Positions 1-8,532 of a stretch of 64,000 nt of DNA are shown piece after piece. The translations under genes were made by a program, and so were the position numbers. Origin of the DNA: a virus; the IMG/VR virus record IMGVR_UViG_3300033149_003004, positions 18,656 through 82,655 of that record; one strand, written 5' to 3'. Below the pieces are notes generated by a model. That model ran no database searches. It saw nothing but the letters and a program-made list of their open reading frames with translations, and was not told where the DNA came from. How positions within the stretch are numbered: position 1 is the stretch's first letter; every line of letters begins with the position of its first letter.

Positions 1-7
1 TCAGGTC

Positions 8-283
8 TTGCTCAAAGCCAAGAGCCCGAATGGTGCTGATACCGACGTTGACGTGACGGCTTATCTGTATGATGTTGGACCATTGCAACCAACCACGCGG
101 GGAAATCAGCTTACAGTATCTGGTGGAGCCGCTCTAGTTGCGGGACAAGCTGTTCGTGACTCGATGAAACTAGCCCCTACTGCCGGAGCTCCGGCAGTAG
201 GATCTATTGACAAGCATTTGGATGATATTCTGGAAGATACGGATGAACTTCAAGCTTCGATTGGAGCCCCGACGATTGAGTGA
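8..283 (+). CDS. C-terminal part of a probable virion structural protein (likely truncated by the window edge)
   Basis: Ala/Gly/Thr-rich ORF at the window edge, ending just before the RBS of the next gene. Confidence 0.45.
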   Translation: MLKAKSPNGADTDVDVTAYLYDVGPLQPTTRGNQLTVSGGAALVAGQAVRDSMKLAPTAGAPAVGSIDKHLDDILEDTDELQASIGAPTIE

Positions 284-292
284 GATAAGGGT

Positions 293-1408
293 ATGGCGGT
301 AGCAGGTGATACAATCTATCATCAGTTCGTGACGAAGGCTGTCAGTGGAGCACTGGTCGATGCCGATGCTCTGCCGGTAGGGACGCTCGTCAGGAATGGA
401 GTGGATACGGAGATCTCCGTAACGATTACGAACAAGGCGGTTGGGGTCTACGTTGCACAGTTTACGATCCCATCGGCATATGTAGCTGGCGACGAAGTAG
501 CACTCCGCATTACTGCTACCATCGGCGGAGTAACTACGGGGGCTGTGGTCTGGCAGGAAACACTCACGAGCGGACTGACTGCAGTTCCACTTCCCGGAGA
601 GGGAGCCGAACCGGGAACCATAGTGACGGTGGCCGCTTTGCGATTGGAGCTGGGTATATCTGCTTCGGCCACGGCTGAAGAGATCGCCGTGGCTGAATGG
701 GCGATTCTCAAAGCAGAGGGAGCTGTTAAGCGGTTCCTTCGCTACGATCCCGTGCTGAAGCGGAGGACGGAATACTACCCTCGTGCGGATTTGTCTTTAG
801 GCAAGGTCGATTCTGTTTGGGAAGCGAGTGAGACGGAAGCCTACGTGCGGATGGAGTCGATGGGGCAGACGAGTGGGTTGCAACTTCAGCATATTCCAGT
901 CAGGTCCTCACCTGCGATGGATTTGCGGATTGACTATAATGGCAGGTCAGGAACCAGGGCGGGAGCATTCGCCGCTGAAACCGCGAGGACGGAGGGAGAA
1001 GACTTTTGGCCGAACTATGATCTACTCGATAGCAGTGGAAATAAGATGTGCAGAGACGGGCTGCTCAGAAGTATCGGCCTCTGGCCGCTCACGGCCGGGA
1101 CAGTCAAAGTGGAGTACACTGCTGGCTACACTGCTGAGGAGCTACAGGGAGCGGACGATGTGATTGATGCGAGTCCGATCTGGGAAGCTGTGCTGGAAGA
1201 GGCGAAGCGGCGGGTTGAGCAGGTGATGGTCCGGAAAAAGTCATCGGTGGGTTGGACAGCCGGACCGAAATCATCCGAAAGATTGGGCGACTATAGCTAT
1301 TCAATCGATTCGTCGTTAGCAAAGGCTTTGTACGGAAGTTCCGCCGGATTAACGGATCAATCCATGATGCTTTTGGAACCGTTCGTCAACAAGGGATGGG
1401 AGCTATGA
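293..1408 (+). CDS. Head-tail connector/adaptor-like protein with N-terminal Ig-like domain
   Basis: Motifs VKVEYTAGY and SERLGDYSYS...LLEPF typical of gp6/gp15-type connectors; beta-rich N-terminus. Confidence 0.65.
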   Translation: MAVAGDTIYHQFVTKAVSGALVDADALPVGTLVRNGVDTEISVTITNKAVGVYVAQFTIPSAYVAGDEVALRITATIGGVTTGAVVWQETLTSGLTAVPLPGEGAEPGTIVTVAALRLELGISASATAEEIAVAEWAILKAEGAVKRFLRYDPVLKRRTEYYPRADLSLGKVDSVWEASETEAYVRMESMGQTSGLQLQHIPVRSSPAMDLRIDYNGRSGTRAGAFAAETARTEGEDFWPNYDLLDSSGNKMCRDGLLRSIGLWPLTAGTVKVEYTAGYTAEELQGADDVIDASPIWEAVLEEAKRRVEQVMVRKKSSVGWTAGPKSSERLGDYSYSIDSSLAKALYGSSAGLTDQSMMLLEPFVNKGWEL

Positions 1409-1487
1409 GGACGTGATTGAGGGATTGGATGTGAAATGAAACGATGCAAGGGAAGCCAGTTATTGAAACTGATGTGGTATTGAGAAG

Positions 1488-1859
1488 ATGTCACTGTTGG
1501 ACGAACTGCCGGATCGTTGTACGATTCAGCGCCGGGTGAGAGTGAAGGATAGCCTTGGCGGAAGCAAGGACGGTTTCGTTGTTGAACAGACGGACGTTGA
1601 GTGTTGGGAACAGCAGGCTGGAGCGGCTGAATCGGCGGAGTTCGAGAAGAAGGGGATCACGGTGACGAGCAAGGTCTATTTCGTAGAAAATCCAAAACTG
1701 ACGTCTCGGCATCAGATAGTCGTAACGAGCAGGAATGGGGTGGTCATTGATGCAGCGGATCAGGCGGTGTTGGATGTGGCTGCTGCTCCGCTACCTGATG
1801 TATCTGTCGGCCGAGGATTGCTTTGGCGGGTGATGGTAGGATTCAAGGAAGGGGAGTGA
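1488..1859 (+). CDS. Head closure (SPP1 gp16-like) protein
   Basis: CTIQRRVRVKDSLGG N-terminus, 123 aa, follows the connector. Confidence 0.6.
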   Translation: MSLLDELPDRCTIQRRVRVKDSLGGSKDGFVVEQTDVECWEQQAGAAESAEFEKKGITVTSKVYFVENPKLTSRHQIVVTSRNGVVIDAADQAVLDVAAAPLPDVSVGRGLLWRVMVGFKEGE

Positions 1860-1862
1860 GCC

Positions 1863-2186
1863 ATGCGGGTGGTCTGCCAGACGATTGAAGCATTCGTCGA
1901 AAATCTGCGGATTGGAACGCCAGTCGAAAAAACGGTTTGGGTAGACATTACCGCAAGGGAAGTGAATGAGCACAAGATGGTGATGAACTTGCAAGCATCT
2001 GCCGTGGTCCAATTGCCGGACGGTGGCGAGTTCTTGCTCCAGTACGGCGAGGATTGTGGCTATGATTTTACGGATGGAGAACCTGAAATGGAGGGAACAA
2101 AGGCTGCGAAACACCGCCGCGGTTATTTGATCGAGCAGTGCGAGGACATGGGTTTAATGGTCAGGCCTGGCATAGTTGGGATATAG
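1863..2186 (+). CDS. Hypothetical protein
   Basis: GGGGAG RBS, tight operon packing. Confidence 0.6.
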   Translation: MRVVCQTIEAFVENLRIGTPVEKTVWVDITAREVNEHKMVMNLQASAVVQLPDGGEFLLQYGEDCGYDFTDGEPEMEGTKAAKHRRGYLIEQCEDMGLMVRPGIVGI

Positions 2187-2207
2187 AAACGATGAAGGGG
2201 AGAACCA

Positions 2208-2573
2208 ATGATAAAGTACAAGCAATTGAGTACGGAAGATGAAGCATTAGAAGATGTTCGTACGAATGTCGAAGCTGTGATAGGAATGCAGTGGATGGCT
2301 GTTGTGTGGTGTGTCGAAGACGGATGGGAAGATGATTTGCAGAGCATTCGGCTTGTCGGCCGGACCACTTGGAGGTTTCCACGCGAGAAGTTCGAGGCGG
2401 CTGTGGAACTGCTACGAGAGAATCTGGAAGCTGAGAAGAGGGATGGAGAGCCGGATCGTCCATCTCCTCTCAAGCTAGCACCGTTCGTGTCCGATCTTGC
2501 TGATGGCGATTCCCTCGTCGATCAAAACATGGAGGGTTTACTCCAGCGAAGAGAGAAAGAGGAAGCAGAATGA
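2208..2573 (+). CDS. Hypothetical protein
   Basis: GGGGAG RBS; stop overlaps next start (ATGA). Confidence 0.6.
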   Translation: MIKYKQLSTEDEALEDVRTNVEAVIGMQWMAVVWCVEDGWEDDLQSIRLVGRTTWRFPREKFEAAVELLRENLEAEKRDGEPDRPSPLKLAPFVSDLADGDSLVDQNMEGLLQRREKEEAE

Positions 2574-2998
2574 AGATGAGTGTCTTCAGACGATTCTTTA
2601 GGACTCGTACTTCTCGTACTTCCAAGGCGATGCAATTAGCAGAGCAGGCGGCAGTCCGCTTGGAGGAGAAGCACCGTAGACTCGTTCGGCAGGAGCGAGT
2701 TCTGCTATCGTTAGAGGAAGAAATCCTTCGATTGGTCGGTTCTGCATCCAAGCTGATAGAACGGGTGAAAGTGATATCGCAAACGACAGCGGATGACATT
2801 CGTGATACTCAGAGGGACTTGGAACGGGCGGAACATGCTATGGAGGCTTTGCGTACTGCTCACCAGGTGGATGCGGAGGTGACGATCCCAACCTTGCAGG
2901 CGAGGTGGGAGGAGTTGAAAGCAAAGCATGAAGCCAACATCGCTTTGTCGAACCATCGACGGGCGACATTGGCTCCCGGTAATATGGAGGAGGTGTGA
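2570..2998 (+). CDS. Hypothetical coiled-coil protein
   Basis: Heptad-rich sequence, coupled to both neighbours. Confidence 0.55.
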   Translation: MKMSVFRRFFRTRTSRTSKAMQLAEQAAVRLEEKHRRLVRQERVLLSLEEEILRLVGSASKLIERVKVISQTTADDIRDTQRDLERAEHAMEALRTAHQVDAEVTIPTLQARWEELKAKHEANIALSNHRRATLAPGNMEEV

Positions 2999-4659
2999 TG
3001 TCCGAAGCTCTGGCCAAAGCGATTCGCAGGACATCGGCGATTGCATCACTTGCATTTGCATCGACCAGACAGGTTGGAGGAAGTTCTGGTGCCATTGATC
3101 TGGTCCCGTCCGATATGGCGTCCGGTTTGGATTCTTGGCAGAAGCAACAGGCGTATGCCCATCGCTACAGTCAGATGCGGGGCTGGGTATATTCGGCGAT
3201 CAACGCTCTGGCCAGTGAAGCGGCTGGGCAACATGCAGTCGTGGCCCGATTGAGTGGGGTGAAGCGGGAGCAGAAACCGAGAGGAAGCAAGCTCCTAGAA
3301 TTGACTCGTATGCCGCTGTCGACGCGGAGAAAGGCGGCTGAGCAGGAATACGAGATTCAGAGGGATCATCCTTTGGTGGATCTGTTGGAAAGACCCAACC
3401 CGATTCAAGAGCGATGGCAATTCGTCTATTCCTTTGTCGCTAATTTGGTGATCACTGGTTGGGCATACATTGTGCTTGGCAGGGCGAAGGGCAAGGACGG
3501 GAAGCTGGAGATGTACAGTCTCCCGACAACGTGGGTTAAACCTGTGCATGATAAGGGATCGTTCTCGTCTTTCGAGGTACGGAATCCGCGGGCAACGGGA
3601 GTGGAGCCGGCCATGCTGGATAGGAGTCAAGTGGGGTTTGCTCATTTACCGAACCCTGGTGATCCGATGGCGGCACTGGCTCCGGCGTCGACTCAAATGA
3701 TGGCGATCCGAGTAGACGATCACATTCAGACTTCTCAGGAGGCGTTCTTTCGGAACGGTATCTTCCCGAGTGTGATCATCACGATGGGTCAAGGGCCGTA
3801 TCAAGACACAAAAGGGAGGCCAGTATTGACGGGGGCCCAGCGCCGGCAGATCAACTTGGCTCTGAAGAAGCGGTGGGTTGGGGATGCGAATCAAGGAAAC
3901 GCCGCGATCATCGATGGCCTGATTGACAAAATTGAGCCTTGGTCCGTTTCGCATCGAGAAATGGGTTGGGAGCGTAGTGAGGAGAAAGTGAGGACACGGA
4001 TTCTCAGTGCATTCGGTGTCCATCCGTTCATCCTGGGAGAGGCTGTCGGAGTGGGAGGGTATGCCCAGGCCGTGATTATCCAGGAGCGGTTCCACAAGCG
4101 AGTGAACACATACTTGGAGATGCTCGGTAATCTGTTGACGAACTTGCTTGGTGGATTGGATGAAAGCGAGCGGATGATCGTTTGGTTTGAGCAATGCCGG
4201 GCTAGCGACAAATCGTTAAGGCAGACTTTGTTGCAATTCATGCGTTCCAATGGAGATATTTCGCAGAATGAGCTAAGAGCCGAGGCTGGCTTTCCGCCGG
4301 ATGAGGATTTGAATCAGGCTGTGATTCAGCCGAGTATGATGGCGGGGATTGCTCAGTTTCTTTCGCTGCTCGGAACTGGGCAGATGCAACGAGAACAAGC
4401 TGTTGTCGCTTTTGAGCTTATGGGCCTACCTTCCGGAGAGGCAGAGAAGCTTGCAGGTATGGGCTTGCCCAAGGCTGAGCCTCAGCCTCTGTTGGAAGGG
4501 CCAAAGCCGTCGAGCGAGGAAGAAAAACTGGGGGAAGAAGAGAAAAGCGAGGAGGCCATGGAAGAGCTGAAGATGGCAAACCTTCTGCTGGCCAGAGCGA
4601 TGGAAGCGTCCGAATGGCAAGCGGAGCGGATCTTGAGGAGTGTCGAGTGCTCTTGCTGA
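2995..4659 (+). CDS. Portal protein (HK97 family)
   Basis: VYSAINALA, HPLVDLLERPNP, FFRNGIFPS, ILSAFGVHP, ISQNELRAEAGFPP motifs. Confidence 0.92.
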   Translation: MMSEALAKAIRRTSAIASLAFASTRQVGGSSGAIDLVPSDMASGLDSWQKQQAYAHRYSQMRGWVYSAINALASEAAGQHAVVARLSGVKREQKPRGSKLLELTRMPLSTRRKAAEQEYEIQRDHPLVDLLERPNPIQERWQFVYSFVANLVITGWAYIVLGRAKGKDGKLEMYSLPTTWVKPVHDKGSFSSFEVRNPRATGVEPAMLDRSQVGFAHLPNPGDPMAALAPASTQMMAIRVDDHIQTSQEAFFRNGIFPSVIITMGQGPYQDTKGRPVLTGAQRRQINLALKKRWVGDANQGNAAIIDGLIDKIEPWSVSHREMGWERSEEKVRTRILSAFGVHPFILGEAVGVGGYAQAVIIQERFHKRVNTYLEMLGNLLTNLLGGLDESERMIVWFEQCRASDKSLRQTLLQFMRSNGDISQNELRAEAGFPPDEDLNQAVIQPSMMAGIAQFLSLLGTGQMQREQAVVAFELMGLPSGEAEKLAGMGLPKAEPQPLLEGPKPSSEEEKLGEEEKSEEAMEELKMANLLLARAMEASEWQAERILRSVECSC

Positions 4660-7127
4660 CCGACCGTCGAAAGCCGAGTATTGTTCAAATTCGCCGAAAA
4701 CTCACGGCCGTCCGCCGTCGCCGGTTTGAGCTGGCTGCGAAAAGCATGCGTCTGGTGCAAAAGGTGGTGGCTAATCGGCAGTTTATGTCCACCGAGCGGG
4801 AAGTGACGAAAGCTCTTATCCCGTTTTTTGTCGAGCAGGGACGTTCGATGGCTGCTCGGCTGCGGAGGATTGAGCAGAAGACTGTAGAGAATCTATGGAC
4901 GAAACGGACTTCTCTCGGCTCTGCTGCTGGCTTGATTCAGCTGATCTTTGATCCAAAAGAATGGCGTACCAATCTGACAAATCGTTTGTTGCCGGTACTA
5001 GCCCGAAAGATGGCAGAAGCTGGCGTGGCCCACCTGATGACGCTGGGAATCGACGTGCGGAGAAAGCAAAGGAAGAAGGGATTGAAGACCACTACTGCTG
5101 CGGATTGGGCTGAGGAGAACATTGCCGATTGGGATTCGCTTGTCGAGGCTTTTGAAGCTTCTAATCTACCAATGGGAATCATGAACGAGATTCCTACTTG
5201 GATGCAGGAGAGCATCGCTGAGAGACTCTCTGAGAGTTTTGCCGAAGATTACTGGGATTCGATTAGCAAGACGACGATGGGGGATGCCGAGAAAGTCTTG
5301 CGGCAGGGATTATCTGAAGGATGGTCGATCGGTGATATGGCTGGAGAGCTACGGCAGTATTTTGAGGAGGGAGGGTTTCGATATGCCCGACGCCGGTCGG
5401 AGAACATCGCCAGAACCGAGTCCGGGAATGCTCTGAACGCTGCTAGGAAGGGCAGCGTCGCTCGACTTCAGCAGGAATTGGGACCTGAAGTGCCGATGAA
5501 ACAATCGTGGCTTTCCGTGCTAGGCATTACAACGCGAGACACACACGCGGAGCTGGATGGTGTACCGGAGAATGAACGAGGAATGTGGGTCTTATCCGGT
5601 TACGAGATACCGTGGCCCGGACATATTAGCTTGCCTCCTTCGGAGCGCTGCAATTGCTTCCCTGCTGGAACGTTGGTGTCAGGAGATTTTGTCGGGGCGC
5701 AGAGAGCGTGGTACGAGGGGACATTCACCGAAATCATAACTGGCTCTGGGAGGAGGATCACCACAACCCCACAGCACCCAATAGTGACCTTGGAGGGACT
5801 TGTTCCGGCAGGCGAGGTCAAGCCAGGCCAGAAGGTCTTGGCCTATCGTCCGGAGGCTGATTTGCCGTCGGTGGTGGCTTCCCGTGGCGATGATGTAAAG
5901 AACGAACCAGTTGCGGTCGAGCAGCTTTTTGAGGCGTTTCTTGCCGGGACGGTTGCCGCCTCGTCCAGCATTGAAGTCAAACGCGCTCAGGTGGACGATT
6001 TCTATGGCGATGCGAAATCCTTTCAGGGCGATATCGAGATTGTACGGGCCAACTGGGGCCTGTTGGACGATGGGAAATTCGGCCAGTTTGAGAAACGTGG
6101 CAATTCTGTCCTCATCTGTGTGGATTCCGGTTTGGTTTTGGAATTTAGAGATCGCTCTTTTGGCCTTGCGTCTGGTCGGATCGGATCGTCCCCTTCTAGC
6201 GGTCCACGCCTTGCTGAGCCACTGCTTAGCTGCCTTCGATCTATCGCCAGCATCACGCCATCGGGCTCGCTGTCCGTCGGAGTAGCTGCGGATTTCCACG
6301 TTCGCCTCGATCAATCGTTGAGACAGGACGGCCCTGGAATATCCGGTTTCCTTCGAGAGTCGTTGGAGCGGTATGCCGGATTGGTACAGTTTGATGATGT
6401 GGTCGAGGTCAGGGATTTCTATTCTGCGGGTCATGTTTACGATCTCCAAAGCCGGTGGGGATTGGTGGTTGCTTCCGATCCATTATACACTGACAATCGT
6501 TTTCCTCCTAGTGGAATTGTCGTGTCGAATTGCCAGTGCAGTCTCACGATTGAGTTTGGGATGGACCCTGCCGAAGCCATGCAGAGGATAGAGGAGTATT
6601 GGCAACATGTAGAAGAATGGGAATCGAAAGGCTACGTGTGGCCTTGGCAGAAGTACAATCCGAACCGTGATCCTGCAACTGGAAGATTTGCTCCTGGCGG
6701 AGGTGGAGATGATGGAGGTGGAGCAAGCGGAAGGGAAGAGGGAAGAGCCGAGCGGGCGAGACGCGCACATAAGACAAGCACAGCAGAGAAGCAGAGGAGG
6801 GGAGAAGCAGAGCAAAAGCGGATGGCCAAGGCAATCGGGGGTGAGAACGATGGGGATAATAAACCATTCGATGTGATCGTGGGAGGGAAGCATGGGATTG
6901 AAGTCAAGACTGTGATGGATAACAACAACGATAAGATCACCGTGCATCCTGAATCTCGCCGGCGGAAGGAAGCTGCCGCCAAAAAGCAAAAGCTAAAGAT
7001 TCACACTATAGCTATTGATATTCGTGAGGGAAAGCGATCTTATTATTACAGGGAGGGGGTTGGAGCCTTCCGCCTCAAAAATATGGAGAAAGTATCGCTT
7101 CGGCAGTTGAAGGAGAAGTTCCGGTGA
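4614..7127 (+). CDS. MuF/SPP1 gp7-like minor head protein with intein and C-terminal PD-(D/E)xK nuclease-like extension (start uncertain)
   Basis: RSENIARTES, TRDTHAELDG, ERCN/CQC MuF motifs; NPNRDPATGRF + Gly linker; KPFDV..GIEVKT. Confidence 0.88.
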   Translation: MASGADLEECRVLLLTDRRKPSIVQIRRKLTAVRRRRFELAAKSMRLVQKVVANRQFMSTEREVTKALIPFFVEQGRSMAARLRRIEQKTVENLWTKRTSLGSAAGLIQLIFDPKEWRTNLTNRLLPVLARKMAEAGVAHLMTLGIDVRRKQRKKGLKTTTAADWAEENIADWDSLVEAFEASNLPMGIMNEIPTWMQESIAERLSESFAEDYWDSISKTTMGDAEKVLRQGLSEGWSIGDMAGELRQYFEEGGFRYARRRSENIARTESGNALNAARKGSVARLQQELGPEVPMKQSWLSVLGITTRDTHAELDGVPENERGMWVLSGYEIPWPGHISLPPSERCNCFPAGTLVSGDFVGAQRAWYEGTFTEIITGSGRRITTTPQHPIVTLEGLVPAGEVKPGQKVLAYRPEADLPSVVASRGDDVKNEPVAVEQLFEAFLAGTVAASSSIEVKRAQVDDFYGDAKSFQGDIEIVRANWGLLDDGKFGQFEKRGNSVLICVDSGLVLEFRDRSFGLASGRIGSSPSSGPRLAEPLLSCLRSIASITPSGSLSVGVAADFHVRLDQSLRQDGPGISGFLRESLERYAGLVQFDDVVEVRDFYSAGHVYDLQSRWGLVVASDPLYTDNRFPPSGIVVSNCQCSLTIEFGMDPAEAMQRIEEYWQHVEEWESKGYVWPWQKYNPNRDPATGRFAPGGGGDDGGGASGREEGRAERARRAHKTSTAEKQRRGEAEQKRMAKAIGGENDGDNKPFDVIVGGKHGIEVKTVMDNNNDKITVHPESRRRKEAAAKKQKLKIHTIAIDIREGKRSYYYREGVGAFRLKNMEKVSLRQLKEKFR
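5679..6434 (-). CDS. HTH + Vsr/DUF559-like endonuclease encoded antisense inside the MuF intein
   Basis: N-terminal HTH (IIKLYQSGIPLQRLSKETGYSRAVLSQRL); EDRIATFL..QQAPVGPYNLDIA..IAIEI..LLDRNWFVLYI; GGAG RBS before ATG 6434 (ORF track starts at TTG 6449). Confidence 0.8.
   Translation of the reverse strand: MTRRIEIPDLDHIIKLYQSGIPLQRLSKETGYSRAVLSQRLIEANVEIRSYSDGQRARWRDAGDRSKAAKQWLSKAWTARRGRSDPTRRKAKRAISKFQNQTGIHTDEDRIATFLKLAEFPIVQQAPVGPYNLDIALKGFRIAIEIVHLSAFDFNAGRGGNRPGKKRLKKLLDRNWFVLYIIATGSHHRRQISLRTIGQDLLAWLDLACRNKSLQGHYWVLWGCGDPPPRASYDFGECPLVPRSLRPDKIS
6482..6511 (-). promoter_or_regulatory. Putative promoter for the antisense endonuclease (CTAGGAG-N17-TATAAT)
   Basis: Minus strand reads CTAGGAG gaaaacgattgtcagtg TATAAT, 48 nt upstream of ATG 6434; same architecture as 8377-8406. 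Confidence 0.55.
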
Positions 7128-7396
7128 GCTATTGGCTAGAAGACGATAGTGGGAAGTGGCTTGGTGATTTGGCTACCAATGTTGGCATCGTAGAGTTGCG
7201 AGAGGCTGGGAGTCCTTCGCTGGTTGAATTTCTGGATGCTGGAGAAGCGGACGAGGAATTGGTTGAGAGAGTGATCATCGAGACGAGGAATTTACCAGAA
7301 GTTGCTTACATAGCAGACATGATGGAAGGGGTGAAGCCACCGATCCGCGTGACGGATGGATGCGGAGAGGCAGAGGATTTGGAGGAGGAGGCATGA
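7124..7396 (+). CDS. Small acidic protein, candidate immunity protein for the MuF C-terminal nuclease
   Basis: Overlaps the MuF stop (GTGA); very D/E-rich versus the K/R-rich nuclease domain. Confidence 0.5.
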   Translation: MSYWLEDDSGKWLGDLATNVGIVELREAGSPSLVEFLDAGEADEELVERVIIETRNLPEVAYIADMMEGVKPPIRVTDGCGEAEDLEEEA

Positions 7397-7725
7397 GCCA
7401 TCGGGGAAATGGTAAACCGATTCACGCTGAGATGCTGAAGCCAAGCACGCCGGATTGTATGGCATTGGCGAGGGAGATGGAAAAGCGATTCTTAATCGTT
7501 TGCGAACTATACGGCAGGATCAGTGAAGGGCGGCCCTTGCCGATCCCAGAGGGTATGCAGGTGCACCTTGTTAGATGGCGTCAGGTAGTGACGCGGCATC
7601 GGCGAGGTGATTTCAGAAACAGCGTGTCGGAGTGGAAGTCGATGAAAGAAGTGGCACAATTTATCCTCGATTGGGGATGTAGACTGAGGGGACAGCCACA
7701 GCAGAAATTGATTTGGAGCGAATGA
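7393..7725 (+). CDS. Hypothetical protein
   Basis: GGAGGAGG RBS; ATG overlaps upstream stop. Confidence 0.6.
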   Translation: MSHRGNGKPIHAEMLKPSTPDCMALAREMEKRFLIVCELYGRISEGRPLPIPEGMQVHLVRWRQVVTRHRRGDFRNSVSEWKSMKEVAQFILDWGCRLRGQPQQKLIWSE

Positions 7726-7726
7726 A

Positions 7727-7957
7727 GTGGGCTTTTTGCCAAAAGTGGCTAATGTTGACTTTTCTCGCTTGAAGATAGAACCTGGCGATCGTGTGATTGT
7801 CCGCTATTGGTGTGATCTGAGCGAGGATGAGCGAAGAAAACTGCGAAAGAGCGTGAGTCGGTGGGCCGGATCGGATGTGGAGGTATTGCTCGTGGATGTG
7901 AAGAGGTTTGACGTTGACGTGGAAAGAGCTGTTAGAGTGTCAGGATTGGGAATGTAG
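7727..7957 (+). CDS. Hypothetical protein
   Basis: Coupled to upstream gene, GGAG RBS. Confidence 0.55.
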   Translation: MGFLPKVANVDFSRLKIEPGDRVIVRYWCDLSEDERRKLRKSVSRWAGSDVEVLLVDVKRFDVDVERAVRVSGLGM

Positions 7958-8110
7958 ATACTGGCGTCGAGGTTTCTCGACGAAGAAAAGCATAGCAGTA
8001 TCATTGATGCAAAAAGTGCGTTTTCTTCGCTTTGCACAGCAGGCGTTTTCTCTTAGAGAAAAGCAGAGCTTGCGACGTTTTGTGTAGTAGGTACTAGCCA
8101 GGATGATTGG

Positions 8111-8380
8111 ATGACAGAAGCGGCAGTTGCTCGATATTTACCGGATGAGTCACTACAAGAGTTTCTCGCTGCGATGCGGGACTTCGACAATGCTTTTGTG
8201 AATGCCCTAGCCAGCGGTGTGGATTTTACTATCAAATTGGAAGTCCGAGGCAATTGCGGAGAGCTTCTACACGCGAAGATCGACGATGGCAGGTGGAGGA
8301 GGCCGAAGGGAGTGGAGCGTAGGGTAGAGGAGAGGAGGAAGAGGGAGAAAATATCTGGGAATTTGCGGAAATTCGGCTAG
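8111..8380 (+). CDS. Hypothetical protein
   Basis: AGGA RBS, plausible composition. Confidence 0.5.
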   Translation: MTEAAVARYLPDESLQEFLAAMRDFDNAFVNALASGVDFTIKLEVRGNCGELLHAKIDDGRWRRPKGVERRVEERRKREKISGNLRKFG

Positions 8381-8406
8381 GAGAGTTTCCACTCTTCCCT
8401 TATAAT
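8377..8406 (+). promoter_or_regulatory. Putative promoter CTAGGAG-N17-TATAAT upstream of head operon
   Basis: Perfect TATAAT at 8401-8406 in intergenic DNA, followed by a structured leader. Confidence 0.55.
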
Positions 8407-8457
8407 TCAGGGAAAGGTGGGTGAGTAGCTCACTGGCGTCCAGGCGTTCGGAAAGCG

Positions 8458-8516
8458 AAGCCGCGGCGTATGAAGCCCCTTCGATCGGGGCCTTATGCTC
8501 CAGCGGCTTTCTTTTT
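8458..8516 (+). terminator. Terminator-like hairpin in leader
   Basis: AAGCCGC...GCGGCTT stem followed by TCTTTTT. Confidence 0.5.
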
Positions 8517-8532
8517 CAAGTGAGGATTCGGA

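Larger units (their letters stand above)
5655..6530 (+). mobile_element. Intein (292 aa) in MuF, with antisense-encoded endonuclease
   Basis: Block A CFPAGTLV, block B TTPQHPIVT, block F GHVYDLQS, end VVSN followed by Cys+1; removal restores ERCN-CQC. Confidence 0.92.
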
